Of a stretch of DNA of 64,000 nt, positions 35,983 through 46,000 are shown one piece after another. The stretch's first letter is position 1, and each line of letters opens with the position of its first letter. The stretch comes from Acanthaster planci. Its lineage: Eukaryota. A model generated the notes under the pieces. That model worked only from the letters and a program-made list of their open reading frames with translations, made no database searches and was not told the origin of the DNA. The stretch is taken from positions 2,462,646-2,526,645 of the forward strand of contig NW_019091355.1 in NCBI RefSeq assembly GCF_001949145.1. The letters are read 5' to 3'. The position numbers were made by a program, and so were the translations under genes.

Positions 35983-38900
35983 GTGAGGAAGTAGACCTGA
36001 GTGTCGAGTGGGCAAGATGTAGGCTTACCACTAGGTTGTATTTTGCAATGCCATAAAATGATTTCAAGACCTAAGATAACGTACAGCTAGTACCCAAATT
36101 CTATACATCAGAAAAATAGCGTCACGTACATACATGTACATAAATACTTCGAAATGTATAAATTTAGGTATAATTCAATTTTGAGGGTAATGGAATAAGA
36201 CAAAGTCGAGAAAATATCTCGACAGTCATTTCACATAGGCTGAGGACCTTTGGTTTTCCTTGATGGTGTGTGATGAATTCAGACGAAAAGAAAAAAGACG
36301 TGAATAATTATGTCAAGATGAATTTTTCATTGTTGCTTTTTTCTGAACCTACAGTCCAGGTTCCGAACAGCTTTCATTGTTCTGGATGAGCTCTTTCTGG
36401 GAATTTATACCCTGGAGTTCTTGATGAAAATCTATGCGGAGCCGATTCGCTATTTCTACAGCAGTTACAACTTGTTCGATCTTTTGGTTCTCTTGATGTC
36501 ATATGTGCAGGTTTGTGATGAAAAGAAGCTTTCCTGTCGAGCGTCGACAGGTTTCATGATTAATACAATTGGGCCTATCTTGGGAGGGGCTGTACAGCTT
36601 GGAAAATGAGGCGGTTTAATCCGTGCAATTCAACGATTTAAGCACTTGCTTTCATGATGAAGTCATCCCATCTCTGATAAGAAAATATCTCACGATGTCG
36701 ACATCTTACAAGACGTCGATTTGCCTTTGTTAAATGCCGTGCAATGCATATTGCATGCTTATTTTCCTGCAAGGTTTCGGCTTTGTGAGCTGGAAAATTT
36801 AGCCAGAACCTGGATGTTCTCCTTTACTTCCTTCACCTTGAAAGACCCGAGGACTTCTGCCGTAGTTCCTGCTCTTAAGGGGCATGTGGCCCAGTGGTTA
36901 GGGTTTGTAGCTTCTGATAAGGGTCGGGGGTTCGAATCCAGCTGGTGGCAACATGTTGTGATCTTGGGCAAGTCACTTTACCCCTATGTGCCTCTCTCCA
37001 CCAAGGAGTGAATGGGCAGCCATTTGTGCCGAAATGGCAGCATCAGGCTAGTATACTCCCAAGGGAGCTGAGATGGTTTCAGGAAAGTTCATTATCATGT
37101 GAGCCCAGTGTGCAGGGATAATGGATAATAAGCGCATGGAGAAATTCCATAATATGCGCTATTTAAGAACTGACTATTATTCCGACCATCCCACAGCTGG
37201 GATCAGATTCTGCCCCAAAGAAATCAGCTGTCCCATAATTCTGCAACTTAGTTGCACGCACGTAGAAGCACCCATTATCAGTACAACTGTGAAATTTAAA
37301 ATCTATCCAACGTTTTGTCACGGTTGAAGTTATCAAGTTCATTGCCAGCCCTGTGCACTGAGCATTTAAGTGGAAAACTTAATTTTTTTTATTGGTCTAT
37401 AGGCCTATACTCTCGGCAAAAGGGGTTTGCATGAGAACAGTGTGACCGATTTTCACGAAGTTGGACTCAAAACGATCAAAAGGCGTTATTTTTAAAACTT
37501 GTATTGCGCCATATGAAGCAAGATATATGAGACAGGAACCCCCCCCCGCTTTGTGTTCGTCAATGTCTCACTGTAATCTGAGGAGTTCTTTTCAGACATG
37601 TGAGGGGGGGTTGTTACGTAACAATTGTCTATAGTGTGTGTAGCGATTGGAAAAGTTGGGGGTACCTCTCGGTCTCATTTCTTGCTGGATATGTATTGCG
37701 CCTCCTCCGGGCTAACATTTGAAGCAAAATATGGGACGGAGAGAACCCCCCCCCCGCCTTTGTGGTGGTCATTGTTCGATCGGAATCTCAGGAATTCTTT
37801 ACAGACTTCTTGGGGTATGTGTTACGTAACAATAGTATACAGTGTGTATAGGGATTGGACAGGTAAGGGGGGTACCCCTCCGTCCCATATCTTGCCTGGT
37901 ATATACGGGCTAGGGTTAAAGGCTTTGGTTTAATTCATGTTAATGAGATGGAGAAATCTCACATAATATCATAAAGGTGAAGTCTGAGAAATGACCAGTC
38001 TCTGTCAAACCACATTACATGTATCCTTCCGCACTGTTTCTATGACAGGTACTTCTTTTTCACGTGGCCGGAGGACAAACTAATCTCGGCGCGCTGCGAA
38101 CGTTGCGGGCTCTTCGCACATTGAGAACTTTGCGAACTGTTTCCTTTGTTCGCGGCCTCCAGGTAAGTCTAACATTATGCTCGTATCCTTCAATCCCCAT
38201 CTTGGTAATTTTTTTAATAATGTGAAACTTTTTGAATTTATCAGTTTTCCTACCATTCCAACATGGGTGTGAACAGTGTAAAACCATGCGGAACTGCATA
38301 TACAAAACCCAATTAGGGGAAGTTATGAATGAGCGTACGCCCGTACTCCATTCAGTGAATCACAAAAACAGTTATTGTGTCCATCCATTCCATAAAAAAA
38401 GAATCCCTCAATGACAGACAAAAAATAACATTTCTGGACATGAGCAGCAAACTAATCTTTCACCTCATTTACCGAGGCAGCCAATCACGCGAGAAAATCT
38501 AAACTATATGATGATGGCATCATACGCTTTATTCTCCAAGGGGATGGAAACTGATGGAAAGCGAAGGGAACAGTGGATATTTCCCAGACATGTCCTTGGT
38601 AGTCAGTCTATGTGCTATTATGCTTGTTCCCCTCTTTGTCTCCCACGCCGCAAAAGGTGTTGGTAACCGCCCTTTTGGACACCATCCGTAACTCTGTCCT
38701 GAATGTCGTGCTCCTGCTGCTTCTCATGATGTTCCTCTTCGGCATCATGGGCTACTATTTCTTCGGATACAACGAGGGCAGCGACAAGGAACACTGGGGC
38801 AACCTCGGCTCCGCCATGCTGACGTTGTTTAGCTACGTGACGGTGAGGATCAGGAACACGCGCCATTAAGCCCCTCCCCATTGTTTTCTGACCGATCACG

Positions 38901-40806
38901 GCCGTGATTTAGGCCTGACTTGAGTGCACGCCCGTGTGATGCGCGCGGCTCGAACCTGTCCGGCCGGTTCGTAAGTGACTTCGTCACAAAGGCGGACGCG
39001 CCACGATTTGCAGGCTGCCATTGGACGATCGCTGAGTTGCGCTTAAACGGCGATTAATACATGTAACTCTATGTGCAGTGCATGTACAGTGGGCGTGGTT
39101 TAAACTGAAGTGACGTCACACTTACGAACCGGGTAGCGTAGCGTTAGGGAGAGCACGTGCTAATTGCCCACGTGCGTAATGGGAGGGGTTTATTGGGGTC
39201 GGTCTATCATCTCTGCATACATTGCGGCAATCGATGGAGGTTCATGTTCACTCCTCTAACGGGTGGATTGATCGGTCCCTATGGCAAAATTATATCAATA
39301 CAGCTCCACAGTCCGTCTAAGAATAATCTAACCCGAGGAGACGTCATTTGTTAGTGCAAGGAAAATCAAGAATCAACTACTTTAACAGTCTTTAATTAAG
39401 TTTGAACATTTTTAATTCAATGGCGCTTTATTTGTCAGGTGGAGGGTTGGACAGACCTCCAGGCCGAGCTGGACAAGCGCAACATGACAGGGAGTCGCTT
39501 CTACACCATTGCGTTCATATTTCTGGGCCACTTCATCTTCACCAATGTCTTCATTGGGATGATTATAATGAACATTCATGACGCCACTGAAGCCTATAGG
39601 CGGGAGCAAGAGCTGGAGAGAGAAGAGGTAAGGTGCAAGATGGTCCTCGGCAAAGACCCATCAGGGGCAAATCGGGCCCTAAAATTTAGGATTTTCTTAC
39701 GCAGTATCTCTTGTACCTCTGCAATTTTGAGGCTAGTTTTGGAGGTATTTTTGGTAAACATTTTGTAGAATGCAGAGACTTCCTTAGTCTGGTGGTGAAC
39801 TTTGCTATAAAACGATTTGGTGGCTTTTTCTTGATTTTCGGCTATCAGGCCGTCCAGCGAAAGAAGGAATACATGATTCAGAGACAGCACAATGAAGTTC
39901 GTCAAATGCTAGACAAGCAGGTCAGTTTGTAGATCATCATCCGTCTGGCAACCTTTTTTCTTTTTAACTAAAAGTGCCNNNNNNNNNNNNNNNNNNNNNN
40001 NNNNNNNNNNNNNNNNNNNNNNNNNNNNNNNNNNNNNNNNNNNNNNNNNNNNNNNNNNNNNNNNNNNNNNNNNNNNNNNNNNNNNNNNNNNNNNNNNNNN
40101 NNNNNNNNNTGATTTAAGTCAGTAAGGAGGAAACTTAAGAAGTACGTATGTTTTCGATGGGTTTAAATAGGTTAAATTAGAACAGAAATTATTCCTTTCC
40201 TTATACAGACATCATGGCAAAAGCGCCCTCGGTTGTCAAGAACAGCATGTAACATCTTGCATCATTGCACCACTCTTGCGTGCACGAGTTCAAAAGTGAA
40301 TTAGTGGCATGCACAGTCATCATGTCTGTCTGATTACCATTTTACAAGTCCACTATTTGCGATGATTTTTGCCCAGAATCGTGGTCATTTCAAGAACTTA
40401 TCCGAGATGGTAAGGGAGTTTCAGAATACTCTCAGTCACGACGACTACGTCATTTCAGTTGACCTGGCGACGAATCTGACTTGGCTAGAAACCTACATGG
40501 CCTCTATGGAGCACCACGACGACACCGTGTATAGGTATGCCCTCTATCTCGAGTATATCACCATGAGAGTGTGGAAGGATTCCTAAACAAAACACCAGTC
40601 AATAGCGCCAATTCAAATCAGGATTTTGTGTCCATAGTTTTCATTACGATAAAACCCTGTCACAGATGTGAAAGAACGAGCTGAAGCCCATTCATTACAT
40701 TTCACTGTCATTTTGCAATAGGCTTCAGCAATTGCAGTTCGAGATGTGTCACGTGCTAGCCACGGTGCTGGAGAGAAAGCTAAGGGAGCGATACGGCATG
40801 GCTTAA
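35755..40806 (+). CDS. CATSPER3: Cation channel sperm-associated protein 3 (6TM pore subunit), about 395 aa, 8 exons
   Basis: Exons 35755-35982, 36355-36510, 38049-38162, 38657-38842, 39439-39627, 39849-39920, 40377-40534, 40722-40806 join in frame. WGNLGSAMLTLFSYVT-VEGWTDLQAELDKR..SRFYTIAFI and the C-terminal FQNTLSHDD...DDTVYRLQQLQFEMCHVL follow the CatSper3 pattern as recalled from vertebrate orthologues. Confidence 0.93.
36355..36510 (+). CDS. CATSPER3: CatSper3 exon 2 (S2-S3)
   Basis: DELFLGIYTLEFLMKIYAEP..YF...YNLFDLLVLL. Confidence 0.92.
36879..37181 (+). mobile_element. tRNA-derived SINE with CORE-like domain and LINE-like 3' tail (CatSper3 intron 2)
   Basis: A box TGGCCCAGTGG, B box GGTTCGAATCC, CTTGGGCAAGTCACTTTACC (MIR/CORE-like), tail GCGCTATTTAAGAACTGACTATTATT. 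Confidence 0.82.
37511..37692. mobile_element. MITE family B copy with perfect 10-bp TSD
   Basis: GTATTGCGCC at both 37501-37510 and 37693-37702; TIR-like ends ATATGAAGCAAGA / TCTTGCTGGATAT. Confidence 0.85.
37717..37904. mobile_element. MITE family B, second adjacent copy
   Basis: Same internal sequence; flanks cCGGGCTAac / aCGGGCTAgg. Confidence 0.8.
38049..38162 (+). CDS. CATSPER3: CatSper3 exon 3 (S4)
   Basis: GALRTLRALRTLRTLRTVSFVRGLQ; donor GTAAGT. Confidence 0.92.
38657..38842 (+). CDS. CATSPER3: CatSper3 exon 4 (S5, pore helix)
   Basis: VLVTALLDT...MFLFGIMGYYFFG...HWGNLGSAMLTLFSYVT. Confidence 0.93.
38964..39132. mobile_element. Short MITE with 14-bp perfect TIR (CatSper3 intron 4)
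   Basis: CCGGTTCGTAAGTG ... CACTTACGAACCGG. Confidence 0.7.
39439..39627 (+). CDS. CATSPER3: CatSper3 exon 5 (filter, S6)
   Basis: VEGWTDLQAELDKR...FIFTNVFIGMIIMNIHDATEAYRREQELEREE. Confidence 0.93.
39849..39920 (+). CDS. CATSPER3: CatSper3 exon 6
   Basis: AVQRKKEYMIQRQHNEVRQMLDKQ. Confidence 0.88.
39979..40109. other. Assembly gap (N run) inside CatSper3 intron 6
   Basis: Run of n. Confidence 0.99.
40377..40534 (+). CDS. CATSPER3: CatSper3 exon 7
   Basis: NRGHFKNLSEMVREFQNTLSHDD...HHDDTVYR. Confidence 0.9.
40722..40806 (+). CDS. CATSPER3: CatSper3 exon 8 (last)
   Basis: RLQQLQFEMCHVLATVLERKLRERYGMA*; phase-2 fit. Confidence 0.87.
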
Positions 40807-42209
40807 TGAGGTGGCCGGCATGGCACTCCGATATAGCCATTCCTCCAGGAACTTTCTCCTTTGGAGCCTTGATCCCACGACAACTTTTGACCGTTAATTG
40901 GTTAAAAGCTCTAGATCCAGTGAAATATTTCACTGGAAATTAGTATAAACCCGCGGTGATGTGTTCGATTGGAGCATTTATTATTCCAACTGCACTTGGC
41001 GATCTTACAGACAGTTTAGGAAGGACGACACTCCCGAAAAAGATATATTTCACAATATTTAACAACACAGTCTCTTTGCACCGACGCACTAACCTGAAAT
41101 CTAAATATGAAACAATTAATGGGCCTAATCAAATACGATCAACAGTAAAATACGCTTATAAAGTTACCTAAAAACGCGTTTCAACCTCGTGGTCGGTTAC
41201 CAAAACGTATTTAGACCTGTGCCTGCAGTGGATTAAAATACTCATGTCAAATGTAACTTACCTACGTATACAAGGTATAGCGTTATTAAAACATTTGAAT
41301 ATGAAAAGTTTTTCGAGTTCAAAGCTTTTTAAAGTCTTATTTTTCTTACCGCATATATGAGCTCTCGTTTATGGGATATGGAGATGCGATGGTAAATATA
41401 CGAAACATCATTATAAGAGCTCTCACCGTCTTTTTACCGGAAGAAAAAACGTACTGTGAATATACCTGTCTCCATAAACATGATCAACAACTAGCCAAGT
41501 TCTGCTGGAAAAATAAAAATAAATCGCACTCAGGTCACCTTAAGGTGTTCAATTCGTAGGTCAAATGCACCAAGGGGGTTAACAGCTGCTTTTGTGACAT
41601 AGCATGAATTTTTGTTTGTCCCGTACAAATAGGAGGACATCTGCAAGATAAGACTCTTCATTAGTCACCGTTAAATGATGAAGGGACTGGGAACCAGTCT
41701 ATGGAAGCCCTACTTTTTTAACTGTCTACTTTATAGCGCGCCCTCAATGCGAGGTGTATTTGCGTTTCATTTTTCCGGTCAGTTTGCGTCTTTCGTTTCG
41801 AACTTTTCGAGTCGGCAGATGCAAAATGTTATACCTCCATCGGTTTGCTTGGTCAAGCACTTGTATTTGCCTGCCGGACACTTTTTATTTGCGGACTATA
41901 GGTAGTATTTGCTCTACCCCACATGCACTGTGTGTACTGCCCTCGACGGTGTGCCATTTTTCGCTAGTGGGTGAAACTGCTTGACGATGCACATTATTAA
42001 TGGACCACACGTAACCCGATCGCGGCAGCTCGCGCTGAGTTGGTCGATCATCAAGATCAAGACGGAAACAGGACACTCAAACCTCGGGAAGACAGAGGGA
42101 GGAGACGCTTTTAATCGGGCCGGGTTGGCATGACCAAAGGACAAGGAAGCAGACTGGGATATTTGATTGGGGTTAGAGACGCCTCAAACTGGAATTTGGC
42201 GGATTGTGA

Positions 42210-43013
42210 ATGGCCCGGTCACCCGGGCCTGACCGGGTTGAACAGGGAACGAGTCTGCCGGCGTTGCTGAGGCCAGCGTACAGTATGGGGCCGGTGCCGG
42301 GAAATGGAGACACCATACCGGACAACAACGGCGATCGCAGCGGTGACTACGAGCGCATGGAGAAATGGCTGGACTCTCACCCGGAGTTTGCCCACGATTA
42401 TTTCGCTCGCAAGGCTACACGGAGCATGATCGACGGCTGGTACATAGCCCGGGCGGTGTCCCAAACTGCCAAGCCTCCAATGGCCGAGTCGCCACATTCA
42501 CCGAGCAGCTCGTCTGGAAGCAATACTCCAGTCAGGAAGGTGTCGGCCTCCGAATTTGAAGTCCAAGGTTCTGGGGGCTCGCTGGGCAGGATGATTTCCA
42601 CTGTGGATGGGGCCCCGAGTTTCCTGGGCACCAGCCACCTACATCTTCAAGGGAATTCCAGGTCCTCACCGACGCGATCACGGAAGTCCATCAGTGAGCT
42701 AAAACAGCTTGATGACCGAGCTGTGCTGATGGAATTAGTCAAGGACATTGCGAATGACCTGGACCTGAACTCCTTGTGCCACAAAATTCTTCAGAATGTC
42801 CTGATTCTGACCAAGGCAGATCGCGGGTCCCTGTTCTTGGTGTACGGCAAAGGGACAGACCACTGCTATCTAGGTTCCAAGCTGTTCGATGTGACTAGCG
42901 AGTCGACCGTAGAAGTGGCCGGGAATGAGGAAGTACGTGTGAGCTGGGGCAAAGGAATCATAGGATATGTCGCGAAGACAGGCGAACCTGTCAATATTGC
43001 CAATGCTTACGAG
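42210..43013 (+). CDS. PDE5/11-like exon 1
   Basis: Long ORF ending NIANAYE|GTACGT; start could be 42210 or 42285. Confidence 0.92.
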
Positions 43014-46000
43014 GTACGTATGTTAACTGGCTTAGCTGTAGGGCTGTGCCGAATATCTAAATAACCCAATATTTGATCGATTATCGAATATTTGAATGTT
43101 ATTTTCCAGATTTGAATATTCGAATGCAAAATTCATGAATAGGGAAAATTTCCTTTGTTTTAAATTAGAAAAATTGCACTATGGAGGCTTGTTTCAAGCA
43201 GATTCAAAGAAAACGACAAATCTTTCAACGAATCAAAAAGTAAATTATTCATTAAACAATTTAAAAGGAATAGAAATTTACAACATGGCAAGAAGTATTG
43301 TTCATCTCTTAAATCTTGCTAAATCATGGCTGGAGATTCTCCCAGATGTGAGAAGCTGTTATAGTGATTATAATTTACAGTTGTGTGCATTATTGCAATT
43401 GATTTTGTATATGGTTTGTTCAGTACAACTGAATATTCAGATATTCAATCAAATTGAAGGTCGAATATTCGAATAGTGAATTATTCAAATCGACTCAACC
43501 TTACTTAGCTGTCGAGTTAAAGACAGCAGTCAGACCCCTTCCATTTCCCCTGTCTACAAGTACGCATAAGGCTCTATGTATTTACGGCACAATCGCACTG
43601 CGATTTTGGCCAATCTTGTGGGAAATTTTGGGCTTTACATTCCCTTTTCAAAACACCACTCTAGAATGGATCGGTCGCAAGGGTGATTTGGTGATGATGG
43701 AAAAGAAATCAAGTCAACTAATTGTTTGATCACATTCCAATATTGATTGCTTGCTTTAGTAACAATCCGGGGATCGCACAGATGGACCAACCGCTTTGCT
43801 GATCCGCCTGCCATCAGCCAATCACCTTTTCTGTCTCTCATTCATGGCCATTTTGTTTCGTTTTGTTTGACGGCATATTGCACGGTGACAGGAATCATTT
43901 CCCAATGAACCAGTCATAAGGCTTGGCTTAGAATGCATACCTGCGGGATGGCTGCAGCTATTACAAGAAGCTTTGCTGTGATTGGTTTAGTGGAGACTGG
44001 TTCCATCCAGGACACCGTAGTTTTAAATGTAGTGTGGAGGTGTGTCTGTTCCATGCAGGAGATTGAGTTCACATGGTCCTTTGGTAGGAATTCACCCCCT
44101 GCTTGCTGGTGAAGGGTGTGTCCGATTGGGGTGGATAGTTGGCCCCCTTGGTGAAAGACTGTCGGACCATCACACTTTTTGGAGTGAATCGCCAACAAGT
44201 TTAAAAGAGGGCGTGCTTAATTGTTGGGGGGATTTTAACGAGGGAAGGGGGGAATCGGTGTCTTGGTGGATCAAGAGCTCAAGGATCTCACTTTTAACCA
44301 GTCATGGATCGGGAATACATGTAGGCTGAACTCTGTTAACCTGTTTGCTCTTGAAATCTGGAGTGTGTGTTCTTTTCCCTGTGTGGATTTGAGGAGACCC
44401 TAAAGTCTGATTCATGTTTCGTGACGTGTGGCTTTTAAATGTACCAGACCCTCCGAATGAGCCTTCGAATGAGCCTCAGATGCTGAGTACCGTAGTACAT
44501 GTAGACTACAAGAAGTTATGTGCCGCACCAGTATCTCAATATCCCTGAACTTCTGGGTTGCCTCTAGTCTATCAGCATATGCATGTGTAAATGTACCATA
44601 CTAGGTGCATAGAGGTACATACCATGTAGTTGATGTACAACGGTACAAGTATGTATACATGTACATGTTGTGATCTGTTTGTACACGAACGTACTCCCGT
44701 ACATGTGTATTTAACAAAATATGTGGTTAGGAAGCGTACTTACTGAACATGTACATGTATGTATGCAGCGTATGTGACTTGTACATGTACATGTACCGTA
44801 ACATGCACTGCTGTGGAACATATTGTACCTGTTCATATTGTGTTAGCAACGTACATGTACTTTCCAACACTTTTGGGATTTGAAAGTTTCACTGACATGT
44901 AAATCAAAGAATTTCCAGGGTTCATGTACATGTACGGTACATGTTTGGCTATGTTTGCACCTAGAAGCGAACTGCAGTTTTGTTGTCATTGTTTTTATAT
45001 TCAGTACACACTTGACAGTCTTGCTGTTACTCTTGAAATGAAACAAGTTCCTACAAGTTACCGGAGTTCCAATTACCTGTACACTTAGATGGGTAATTCC
45101 AGAAATTAGGGGTCCAAAAGTGTGACATTTTTGTGTCCTTGTTACATCTGATCTTTGTTATTATACATGGAAATATCACCAGAATTCATTTCCAACTATT
45201 ACTATTTGTTTGGTAGGTAATTTGCATTAATTCATCACTCTTGGAAATTGGAAAATGTTTTCTAAACTTACAAAATCATGTCAGATGTGACTGGGACACA
45301 AAAAAATGGACCCCTAGTTTCTGGAATTACCCATGTATTGTACGTGTTTAAGTCGACATGTAGAAATGTGTACCGTACATGGTGGATAGCTACCAAGTTT
45401 GCCACCGGCTATCCTGAGCAGAACTTTTGCAATCATGAATGCATGTTGCACTGCATAAAAAGGCAAGTAATTGCAAAATTTGTGTTTCAATGAAACTCGG
45501 TCCATGAAGTTCAAAATTTCATATGCAGCAAGGTATGAGACGGAGAGAATCCCCCCCNNNNNNGTTAAGTAACAATAGTCTGGAATGTGTACAGGGATTG
45601 GACATGTTGGGGGGGGTATCCCTCGGTCTCATTTCTTGCTGGGTATACAAAATTTACTAGCTGGAACCCTCGTTACTGTTACATGTGCTCAGTGGGATAC
45701 TGGGCGCCAGGGTGCATAAAAAGATAAAACGGCGTGTAGATCCTGTTCAAGGGTTACAGTTCTCTGAACCCTTTTAATCATTTAAATGCTACCAGCAGCA
45801 GTTACCATGGCTAAGTGATTGTGGGGTCCCTGATCCATGTCAGGAAAATAATTCAGGGATGCAGCGCCTGACTGTATTTATGGCATGGGTGCCACTTTAG
45901 CTTCATGACGTCAAACAGAAGGTGTCGAAAATGTCAGTGTGTGAGCGTTAATTTGAAATTAAATACAAAAGTGTATGTACATGGATAACACATACCAACA

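Noticed and set aside
36879..36955. tRNA gene
   Set aside because: A and B boxes are present, but the anticodon arm is degenerate and it continues into a SINE body and tail.
43096..43476. 126-aa ORF inside the hAT-like element as a transposase
   Set aside because: AT-rich, no DDE or zinc-finger motif; the element is too short to be autonomous.
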